From: Lingula anatina
Lineage: Eukaryota; Animalia; Brachiopoda
NCBI GenBank assembly: GCA_051362555.1
Contig: CM120641.1
Span: 45,328,401 to 45,392,400, forward strand
DNA: 64,000 nt
Direction: 5' to 3'
Position numbers and translations under genes: made by a program. Position 1 is the stretch's first letter. Each line of letters opens with the position of its first letter. Below, one piece after another: positions 39,395 through 51,040 of the stretch. The notes under the pieces are model-generated. The model had not been told where the DNA came from, made no database searches, and worked only from the letters and a program-made list of their open reading frames with translations.

Positions 39395-42300
39395 CTAATC
39401 ATACTCTGAACCAATGGTGATACTCATCTCTCCCTCGTGGATATATGTAGAATGATACCACTGGTTAGTATCCAGCAGAACTGAGAAGAAAAAGGAAAAA
39501 ATTGATCCAAAGACTGTTTCATCTTTAAGTTTGTAAGTTCTGAGGCTAGTTTTATAAAAAAACTTATCATCAAAAGTTGGTTTCAACTATAGGACCAAAA
39601 TGTTTAGTTAACTTTGACTGAAGATAAACTGATAGTAGCCAAAACATTGCCTCTGTTTCATATAGGGGGAGAAAACCAACAGATGCAGTACTTTCTGTGG
39701 GTTAACTTGTTCAAAGTAGATGATAATATTTGTCCAAAGTTAAGACTAACTAAAGTCTTCAGTGTATTAAAAAGCTTTTTTTGAAACCAGCCCCAACTGT
39801 GGTATACCCCAATTGTTGGAAACAAACTAACTTTTGAAACCTCTCCTTATATCTGGAGAACAAGCAGGTGATCAACTGCAATGAAATATGACTTAAACAC
39901 AATGAGGATTTGGCACCAAAATTCAGTGATAAATCAAAATTTGACATAACTGCACCAAAAGCAAAAACATATCACAGTATTTGTGTCACCATTCTCTTTC
40001 TGTGACATCCACTTACTTATATCTCCCTTTTTCACGGTGACTTCCAGCGCGTTGCAGACATCTTCACACTCTGGTGGAGGCAAGAGGTACCAGGTCTTCT
40101 CTCCCTTGATCTGGGCCTGCCAGGACGGCCTCTGGACCTGGTCCAACTATGGATATATATACATAAAAATTAACAATTAGGGTTATAAAACTCAGACCCA
40201 GAGGTAGACACAACTTAAATATTCATTTTGCGCACATGTGGATTATCTACATGGTTCAAGAAAGTTATTTATAAAACAGAAGATCCATCTTAAATTTTCC
40301 TAATACCTTTAAAATAAATTGTTATAAAATATATATACTCAAAAATATACACGGTATACCAAAATGTATTATATTTGAAAAAATGTTTTTGTGGACTAGA
40401 CTGTCTCTGTATCTTGTAATGCCCACTGGTATAACATTCAGTTAAAATGAGCAGAAATATTTTCAAATTGAAATTGCTTTTGCAAATCATTTGGTGTCCA
40501 AAATGACCCCTGTCCATTGCCCCAGGACATCCAATTTTCTGGCCAAGCCTGAGCTTTAGAGATTACTACATGGTATAACCTACTAGTACAGTATCAGCAT
40601 GCTTCTTTTGAAAACAGCACATGGATGCTAATAGTGGAGGTAAATTTCCAACAATTTCTGGAACTCGGGGTGTTAAAAATGCAATCCTTGTTTACAGTTC
40701 TTTTTTCTCCTAAAGATGTTAAGATTTTTGTGAAAGAGAATATAATGTTAATTCTTTTAGAAAATTGAAACATCTGCAACGAGTGAACGTTTAAGTTTTT
40801 TTATTAAAAATTTTGGGGGCAGGAAAACTTTAAGCTTGGCCAGTAAAAACTGAGATCCACTGACCCAGATAGCAAGCACCAAAATAAAAAATAAATAAGC
40901 AACATGTTTCTAAATTGAAAAAAAAAAAACTTCTTTAGACACTGGTTGTACAATTTTGTCTAGGCACCAGTATTCCAAAGGATGATAAATTTCACAAAGG
41001 CATTGAACATAAATACACAGGTCACAATGCTGCTGGCATCACAGTTGTTATGCAACCTCCACTGACATCAACCTCCCCTTCTCATTGACTTGCAGCATGA
41101 TCAATCATCTTGTCAGCCATGCCCATAGTGCTCTTTCCAATAATCAGTGGTAGCCTCAAGCTTTAAGGTTTAATTTACCTGCATAGCTCCTCCTCCCTGA
41201 CTGACTGATTTATGCAATTAATTTACACCGGATGAATTTTACTTTCACAATGTATAACAAGATAATAAATTATGTACTGAGTATACATCACAAAGTGAAG
41301 AAAACAAAAACATTTTTGCACTCTTCAGCTATTTGACTTTTAAAATACTCAAGTGAAAAGAAGCTTCCCTATAGGGAAAGAGTGGTTTATCAACCATGCC
41401 CAGAGGGCTCTTTCTATGTAACAATAAATTATAGCTTTAGACTTAAAACTTACGTGCATAGCTGCCCCATCTCCTGACCAGCCCATAAATATCCAGTCCA
41501 GAGAGCTGGTTTCCGAGTCCTTGGGTAAAAAGTGAGGCTTCTGATAATGCTTCCTCAACTTTTTGGCAACATCAGCAACACAATTACTCCTACAGAGAAT
41601 GAAGAAAGTGACAGCATTTAAAAAGTACTGTAGTAATTGTATTTATTTGCAATGGATAGAGTGTGTGTGTGCATGTGTGTTCCACATATAAATTTATAGT
41701 ATAACAATTTTTTTTTATTTAAACCTGGGCTTCGCTTAATTCAGAAGTGCCCCCCCTTACCAGCCAATATACCAGTGCTCCTGTCCTTCCTCATAATTTG
41801 CCCTCTCTTTGGACATATTAAACATTTCCTCCAGTGAAGAAAACCTTGACTGGTACGAAAAGAACTGACATTCATTTTCTGTTATCTCAAATGCATCTGG
41901 GGTTTCTGTGTATAACTCCTTGAAGTAGTCAAAAGAAAACACCTCAAATGCCGTCCAGTTCCCCGTCTCTCCTCTCACTAACGCTGGTCTGCCCGTGTAA
42001 GCGTATTTTTCAACAAATTCTTCCTCACTTAAGTTGTTTATGATGGGGACTTCACTCAAGCCACGGCATATACCGCAATCTGCAAGAGGTCTGGCAATCT
42101 CCCCTAGTATTGCACTGTTTTCTACCAAACACCTGCTTGTATAAAATTCGTCTAAGACATCTTGATAAGTGAAGGGGCAGTTGTAATATATGATCCCCAG
42201 TACAACGAAAACAGCGCTAGCTATGAATAACTTCCTGGATCCAAACAAAGTGAATCTCTTCGTAGAACCTTTGTTGGCATGTTTTAAAAACACCTCACGG

Positions 42301-42434
42301 AGGTAGCTATCGTATACTCCATCTCCCAGAGCTTGTTTTCGAAGCTGTAGGAACTTTTCTGTCAGTTCTTTCTTCGATCGAAGAGAGCTATCTGACTCCG
42401 TTTTGGTAGCCATTAATGTAAACACTGGAGACAT
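39395..42434 (-). CDS. Uncharacterised JmjC/cupin-like (putative 2-oxoglutarate/Fe(II) oxygenase) protein with a predicted transmembrane helix, 4 exons
   Basis: Exons 42434-41761, 41589-41454, 40146-40017 and 39480-39395 join in frame. Features: EEFVEKYAYTGRPALVRG..NW.A, WIFMG..GDGAAMH-L-D (HxD across a splice junction), WQAQIKGEKTWYL.PP, V..GDI, distal WYHST; hydrophobic LFIASAVFVVLGIIYY. Confidence 0.82.
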
Positions 42435-43663
42435 GCACGCCCGTCCTTTCTTGCCTCCACATTAGGAAGAGTAGCGCAACTTGTTCCTGTCGTTTGAATG
42501 TACATAAATTTCTCATTTTCTCCCTCTTATGTCATTAGAACCGGGGGGCAAAGAATCAATATCAAACTTCAGCAAAAAGAAAGGGTTTTTATTAGGGAAC
42601 AGTTTCATTAGCTCAATACATTTTTAAAACATGATTCTTCTTTTTTAATCAAGAATTATAAAAGTGGCTAACAGCTGCAAAAACAGAATATTGGAGGTAA
42701 TGCCTTACTACTTCTGGTAGCTCTTAATAAGAATATTATCAGTGTTTCACATTTCTTAACAAATTTTAACATTTTAACAAAAAGAATGGTATGGAATTAG
42801 AGATTAAATTTTTAAATCTAATGAAAAAAACATATTAGTCATGCACAAGCAGTTGAAAGCTCCTGAGTAAATTGGATTTTCTCTTTTCCTCTTTTCTTTT
42901 TCTTCTAGGACAAGTGACAACTTTTCAAGCAAAACAAAAAAAAAAAGTAGATAAAAAAGTAAATAAAAAAGAAAAGATAAATTAGATCCAGATTTTTCTA
43001 CATAAAGGATAGCCCTACTGAATTTTTAAAAAAATTATCTTAAAATATTTTCCAAGCATTATAAAATTGAAAAAGCAAAAAGTCAATTAAACAAAATAAT
43101 TTTTCATTTGACATTTACTTTAATACATAATTGAAATGTTGACATTAATGGATTTTTGATTAGATTTTGTAACTTGGAGCATCATACGTGAATATGTGAA
43201 TAATTAATGAGTGGATGCAAATGATAATAAGCATGCTTTACTGGTAGCAACATGCTGGTAGAATGGATGATTGATTCAGTAATTAGCTTATATGAACATC
43301 AAAAGCTAGATTTTCACTTTGAACACATTAACAGAGCTGAAGCACCTTCACTTGATTGCAAGTTTGTGTTTTGCCTTTGGTGTCAATATCAAAGAAAGTA
43401 CTGTATACTTAATATTATTTGTCAGATCAAATCAGCAGCCAAAATTTTCAATATTCACCAATTTTCAGCTGCAGAAACTCAATTTAACTCTGAAGACCAA
43501 AATACAGAATTGTATCTGCAGTTAAAATGTTTGCTTTCACTGATGTGCCAAAGACATCCCCATCATGTTTAGGTCAGGTGAAATGCAATCCAACATAAAA
43601 GATTGTCTATTCCTAAAATAACTGTCGCAGTGATGAACTCAATGGTAAATGAAAGGTGGTTGG

Positions 43664-44321
43664 CTAGGATGGTTTCATGACACGAACAAATTCTGGAAAG
43701 AAAAATGAAAGAATCATCTTCAGGAAACAAAAAGATAAACAAAATAAAATAAATATTACTGCTATGTACACATGGGAACTTAAGCTGTAATTTTTTTTTA
43801 CATACAATTCTGGACACATTATTGTTACTAAATTAGATTTGGTAAATTTTTTTCTCAACCACATAATTGTCAATATCACACCAATCATGATGATTACTTT
43901 AATTCTTTGCACTATTAAGGAATATTTTAATGATGTCTAGATTTTAATTCAGGTTAGAGCGATCCTCTTCAGGCTTAACTTAACCAGCCCGAAGGCGCAT
44001 CTTTCACAAAAGAACTCAATTTGAAAATGGGTATTAACTTTGAGACAAAACAGGTAAGTCAAGGTTGATCTAGGGTGAATATGTAGAAGCCTGTGAAAAA
44101 AATTGCAATCAGTCTAAATTTTTTTCCATATCTAAATCTTCATGGAAAAGACATAATGTCTTCACTAAAGTGGACTTCTACTGATTTACTTTGATCCTAA
44201 ACAGACTTAAGTTACACCAGTCTTAAAGTTAAAACCATTTTTTTTTTGTAAAACAGTCCCCTGGTATTAGAAGTTTAAATCAACACAGGAGTTAATACCC
44301 CTCAAAACTGATGCATTTGTA

Positions 44322-44354
<33 letters not shown>

Positions 44355-45958
44355 CTGCTTGTGGTCCTTACCTTCAAAACTAATTCCCCCATCACGGTTT
44401 CTGTCTGCTACTGAGAACATACTGTCCAGCATGTCTTCTGTTAAATGTACACCCATCAGCTCCAAGCCTTCCTGAAGCTCTTGCTGGATATGTTAAATAT
44501 GGAAATTGATTATACATTTTTTGTTTGTTTATTTTTTTTTATTTTAATTAAAACAGTCTCCTATCACACAATGAATAATGACATATATAGCTATAATTTC
44601 AACTGGAAACAAAAATCGAATATTTAACGAAACATACTGATGCAATATGATACATATTGGACTCTTATTTATCTATTCATTTAATTCTTCATTATTTAAT
44701 GAATTTGATTATTCATTCATTCTGTCACTGTTTAATACATAAATCTATTTTCTGGGGCTAATGATCTTTTTTATGCTTGTAAAATAGAGCAAAACTAGAT
44801 ATACTGTACCCGAGAAATAAGTCCATTTTTATCTTTGTCAAATGCTTTGAAAGAATCGAAGAGAACAGTCTCTGAATCTTTCTCTCTGTACGTCTCCATC
44901 CAGGCAAGAAAGTCCTTTTCATTAAAACTGGCATTTCCATTACCTGTGGATAAGTTTTATGATTTTCATGCCATAAAAATGTATTTGTATGATATCAAAT
45001 TTGGCAACTCTTCAGTGTCATCTAATTTAGTAACAAATAATACTAAAGGGATTTCTAAAAAAAATTCATAAATGAAATTTCCTTGATTTCTCAGCAACTA
45101 TCACATCTTACTGAACAAAACAAATAATAATGATAATTTATAATATCGATAATAAAAAATTAAAAAGCAGTTTCACAACTTCAGATTTGATCCTTGAGAT
45201 TTGTTTCTTTTCTCTCATTTATATATAAGATTCTAAGCTGCACCTACATGACACTTTTTTAATAAACTCTTGACAATCCTCATTGCTGACATCATGTCCT
45301 AACTTGTGCATGGTTGTCCTGATGTCACAGACTGACACTTTGCCATCAGAATTTTTATCCAGCACTGTGAAGACCAGCTTTGACTCTGAAAATAATTTAA
45401 TTCATTCATGTATTTAAAAAGGAACAGATAATAGGTTTCAAACCTGATAACCTCAATATAGCAAAATTGACCAGATGGGATGCATACACGTACATTACTT
45501 CTAAATATCCTGGGGAGCATGCATTTATATGTCTCACCTCTTTGGGGAGCATATTTATTTTTCAGCATCATCATCAACAGAGGGAGCATGTAGTATTGGT
45601 TGCATATAATTTTTTGCCTGAGCTTCCTGGGGATCATAATGTTTTCAGTTTCACCTCTCTGGGGAGCAATTTTGGTCTCACCTCCACGGACACTATATTC
45701 AACTATCTTTCTGTTTCACAACCCCGTCTTTTGGTCTCAACTCCATGGAGAGCATACATTCTTCTGTTTTATCCCCTTAATTTAGCAGACAATTTTTGTC
45801 TTAACCCCTGCAGAGCACATGCTTATCTGATTCATCTCTTTTGGCGAGCATATAACTTAAGAAATGTACGTAATGCGATATAATGTTATATGTTCACATT
45901 TAGTATCAAGTGTTTGTAAATATATAAGGGCCCTCCTCCAAAAGAAATGGCAGATGAA

Positions 45959-46001
<43 letters not shown>

Positions 46002-47116
46002 ATGGCTTAAAACAAAACAAACAAAATCAAATTAAATAAACAAATGTAAAATTAATTGAATTAGTTGGGCAATGAAATATTTATGAAAGAGAATCTTGTC
46101 TAAAATATTGTCCCACATAACTTTCATTCAAAGCCAGTAACCCTCTTTTGTCAGTGTCTAGAAATTTAAGGATATTAATTGGTTTAAAAATATGTGTCAT
46201 CTTACTGAAATTTAGTCACATAAGAATGAGTAACCGGTGTGCTTATCCTAAGATTGAAGCATGGTCTATCAAGATAAATCAGACGTTGCAGTTGATATAT
46301 GTAACCACAAGTGTTTGCCTATGAGGACCATAAATATAATTGATCATATAATTGTGCACCATTGCATACATTTAGAAATGAAGGAACTTTATATGAGTTA
46401 AGCAAATATCTCCAATCAGTTGTCCTTGATATTAAAGCTCTCTCTAGGAGATACCAATATCAAAAGCCATGTAACATAATTTTCTTCTCATTGAAAAATC
46501 TTAACCTTATGAAATAATAAATTAAAACATTGCCATCAATACTTTACACCAAGTTTGGGTGTCTGAGTCAATATCTATGTAATCCCAAAAGTTTCATTGA
46601 AAATGTCTTATTTTAATTAAGTGTTGCCTCCCAAATTAAATTCCTCATCTATCTATTTGATATTTATCTATCACCTAGAAACATTTAACACATCAGTTGG
46701 ATAATTACCTGCTATTTCCTGAGCTGACATCACGTTCTGAGCCTGAAAATGATCAAAAGTACCCTTTAGCTCCAAGGCCTTTATTTTTAAGTAGAAAGTG
46801 CTCTTTGTCTGCCAACCTATTTTACTACACTGCATTACTCAGTCTTGCATGTGCCATTGTGGTGCTGGTGACACAAATGAAGAATATCCATCATCTGGGA
46901 TGGGCCCATGATACTCTTTTTCTCTTTTATAGCTTGATAGATGGCTCTTTAACTGGTATTTGTACTGGTTAGGCACAGTGTGTGTAAAAGTCAGAACATT
47001 TGATTTAAATCTTTGTTTTTGATATCCAAAACTTAAGCACCTATTTGGCTTTCAAACTTTGTGGCTGGATGAAAATCAAATACACCAAGATGAAAGAAAA
47101 GCATACTTACAGCCAT
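43664..47116 (-). CDS. Calmodulin-like EF-hand protein (~150 aa), 6 exons
   Basis: Exons 47116-47111 (ATG GCT), 46742-46709, 45385-45248, 44943-44810, 44483-44372 and 43692-43664 give MAAQNVMSAQEIAESKLVFTVLDKNSDGKVSVCD...FKAFDKDKNGLISRQE...DRNRDGGISFEEFVRVMKPS*. First-exon assignment is the least certain part. Confidence 0.8.
44326..44354. repeat. (GT)n microsatellite
   Basis: Dinucleotide run next to an exon donor. Confidence 0.9.
45505..45855. repeat. Degenerate minisatellite (~30-45-bp unit, core GGGGAGCAT)
   Basis: About 8 recurrences of GGGGAGCAT variants separated by T-rich/TCTCACCTC spacers. Confidence 0.65.
45958..46002. repeat. (AAAT)n microsatellite
   Basis: Tetranucleotide run. 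Confidence 0.9.
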
Positions 47117-50100
47117 ACTGTAGGAAGTGTAGGAACAAAGTAGGAAGTCAGCCTAATTTCGTTGATGTTGAGCATAAATTTCCGCTAGACTTCTCCCCAA
47201 ATATCCAGGCCACTTGAACTCAGTTCAAATCAACAAATCTGTAAAACCAACTTCCAAAGCAAACAAAAAACACAACTGATATAAAAAGGCATCACATTCT
47301 ATACTGATAAAAGACACTTGGATGAACCATTTGAATTCATTAATAGTGATGTTGCCTTTTGTCACTGGGTACCTATTTCTGACTTGCACTAAATGGCTTT
47401 TACTTTGAAATGCAAGGCTTATTTTCACTTCTTCCAGTCTAGTGCCTGCTAAAATGTCTTAATCTTTATGAAAGGGATACCCATAATGGCTGTATAATGG
47501 CTATGATTAGAGATAAAATTGGAACACTTCAAGTTATTGACTTGGAATGAGTTAATGGTCAAGTAGTGGTATGAAAAATTAGAATTCACAATAAAAGCAA
47601 AATCCTAATACAGCACCTTCTTGAACAAAACTCTCATTAAAAAGGTCCCCAAAACAGCAAATTTAGCTCAGTGAGTTCTTTAGGATTTACTCATCATACA
47701 AAGTAAATTACCAGAATGTTTGGAAAGTTACTTTGCTTTATCCAGGTTGAATTGATAAATATATTGTTGTTGAAGATATTTGCATGACCACAGTACAAAA
47801 CTCATGTAAAAATAACTTGAGTAAATCATGTTGTCATGCCCTTTGCAAAAATGATATCTTACCACAAAGATCTCTTCATCATTCATAAAACATGTTCGTG
47901 ACTTTCTTCAGCTGTTTTAACTCAAACTTGTCAAACACCTTAAAATCCCCAACCAATTTTAACAAAGATTTTCAGTCACCTATAGGTTGTAATCCATAGG
48001 CAGTCTTTGCAGGTGAATACCAAATCCAATTAAAGACTGTAAGAAGTCTCAGGGTAACTCCAGTACAGGGCCATTGTCCAAGTCCCCCCTATACCATAGG
48101 GAATGAAAATAAATACTTGGTATATCTACTGTATAGAATCAGTATAGTAAGTAACTGCACCTCTTTGACTGGCTGTGAGACCAAGATCAAAGTAGATTAA
48201 CTTCTAATGGCATTTAGGACTTTGCATTGCCTCCAGGTTCAAGCTGTATTACTTGAATATTGTTTAATGTCAATGTGAAATAGTGCCAAAAGAATTAAAT
48301 AAATTTGCTTATTTAAATAAGCTCAAATCTACCTTTTATGTTTATATTTTCTTTTCTGTAAAGAAAGCACACCATCAAATGATGCACAGTGTTTAGACAT
48401 CCTTAGGCTATAGAACACTTGATCGTATTTCCCCACCAACTTAACAAGTGTTAATGAAAATAAATATAAAATCTATGTACATATCAGAATTGCAGACACA
48501 TTTATGATTGCTCTAAATAGTACAGAATAACAGACTCATTTGTAAGTACTCCAAGTTAGTAAATAACAGACTTAACTTAATTGTCACTGCCCCAGGTAGT
48601 ACAGAATAAGACTCACTTGCCGCATGTAGTGCCCTAAGCAGAAAAAAATGCAGACTAACTTACAACTGCGTCTTTTCTCTTTCACCCAAAACAAATGAGT
48701 TGAAACAAAATGATTTCTGTACATATAGTGGGAAAAGATCCAAGAAAGAGACATGAATTTCCTATGATACCAATAAAATGAAAAAAAAATTTTTTTTCAA
48801 CCATTACAATTCACTTTTTGTTTCTGATATCAGTAAATCATAGTTTCAGACAGACATAAATTTCTGAAATGTGTACTTTGTACTGACATGAGAGTTGCAC
48901 AGGCATTCATACGTATGCCAAACTAAATTCCAGCATAGCAAACAAACAGCTGAACTAATATTTCCTGACAACGTGACAATTTGATAAAAGACACCGTCTC
49001 GATTCTCCTTCTGCAAAAATGGTAAACTACCCACTGAAGTTTGAAAAACTTACTCCACAGCACAATTATCTTTTGTAAAAAGCTCCAACTGTTTATACAT
49101 ATCTTACATGTATCATCAAAACATACCTGTCTCTAACTTACACACTCAACAGCATAGAGGCCTCTGCTTCACATGAGCACTTAAGTCAAAAGTTGACCTC
49201 AACTTTCAGCCAAAAAGTTCTGGTCAATCTTACCCTAGAATAAAGTTAAGTTAAAGTTAAAGCAACAATTTTAATGGATCGAAAACATCCATCACTTTTT
49301 ACTCCAAGTTAAACATTTCCAATATTTTTCTAAATAAGTGAACTACTAAAAGTAGGCTAGAACTTTTGATTCCAAAGTTAAGCCCTACTCAATTCTGAAT
49401 GTGTGGAGCTGGCCCCAGGATAACCATCAAGGTTTCACCTACCTTAATAACGGTCAGCATGAAAGCTGGCCTTATCAAGGAAATTAATCAACTTACATGT
49501 CTAATGTCAAGGGACAAGTGCTTTTATCAGCTAAATGGCCATTTGCACAGAGAGAGACAGATAGTGGCAATCTTGGCATGTGGCCTAGGTACTTTTTGTG
49601 TCTGTTATTTTTAGATATAGAGAGAGATACGTTGCAATTTTTAGGCATGCATCCTAAGGACTAATATGGTCAAACTGCAATGCTCATGATATAATCAAAT
49701 CATCATTATTTCAAAATAAAATACTGATTTTTAATTCATACACTTTTGACTTGATGTAAAATATAGTGCTGGATTTTTGCTGGATGTTAGAAATGTAAAA
49801 TTGATGCAGACTGATAAACCATTCTGAGCTGATATGCATGAAATTCCCTACACAATATGATTTGCTTAATAATGAATGATAATAAGATATTATATAAGGT
49901 GTACTTTTGATCATGCTTTCACACTACAAGGTGAAAAACACTAAATTAAAACCTTTCTGTATTCCTTCTAATAATAATTTCTGCAACTTTTCAAAATTCC
50001 CTTTTCGTTTTGTTTGTTTAACAGATATGACATTGTAACAATAATCAAAGGCAGAAGTCAATATGAATTTAACACCTGTAATGCATTGTTAGGTAGTTAT

Positions 50101-50331
50101 ACAGCAAATGATGTCATATATTTACTTATTTCATCAAGTTACAAGCATGACAATATTTACTTAGTATTTCATTTCACTAGAATTAGTCCTTTTAGATGGA
50201 ATCAAATAAGTTTTCATCTTCAAACACCAACTACATCTAAATATTTAATCATTTGATTTACATTTGAAAATTCACTCTGCTCAAATCCATTTTAATTGGA
50301 TATGAAAAAATAAGCTATTTTATTAATAAGT

Positions 50332-50334
<3 letters not shown>

Positions 50335-50368
<34 letters not shown>
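50335..50368. repeat. (CA)n microsatellite
   Basis: Dinucleotide run. Confidence 0.9.
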
Positions 50369-50372
<4 letters not shown>

Positions 50373-51040
50373 CAGGAACCACAGTAAATATATTTCTAGT
50401 GGTTAAAATGAAGACATGGTTCACTCAACATTTATGGTTTTCTGCTTAGGAAAATAACAGTCACCAAAATTTATGAATTATTTTGTAAAAAGAATTAATT
50501 AATTAAAATAAAAAAGTTTGTTATAACAAAATCATTCTGAAAATTCATAACAGTTTTAATAATTCAAAGATTTATCATACAGCTTGTGTGTAAGACAAAA
50601 GTACATTCAAATACAAATAACAATTCATGTGGGCTTAGTCTGCCCCTAGAACTGCCGCTGCCAGAACAGAATTTATCCATAACAATTACTATTTCAGGGT
50701 TTACTCAAGGATAAATCTATTCATATCCAATATGTAGATAATTTCAACCATATCAACATTTTCAATGAAACTGATATTTAATTTGTCCAAAAGCAGTAAA
50801 ACATTTTACACTTAATTTCCTGATAAGCATTTGGCATAAATTTAACAGACTGAACTCAGTTTTATGAATGACATTTCTCATTCTAAAACAAAAATGATTC
50901 AGGGCACCTAAAATGAAGCCCATTTAAAAATTTTAATGCACTTTGCAGTTCATTATCTCTTAGAGAGAACCTAGACTACAACAGTACAAACCAACTTATA
51001 ACACATGTACAATATATGGCACACATTTCTGTTCATAATA

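Noticed and set aside
11196-42434. Apparent clustering of redox genes (SDR, GSTs, COX10, MSRB1, JmjC) as one functional cluster
   Set aside because: Interspersed with unrelated housekeeping genes, and no shared regulation is visible in the sequence.
45299-45883. Several 60-140 aa ORFs
   Set aside because: Arise from the degenerate minisatellite; the real exon (45385-45248) is in another frame.
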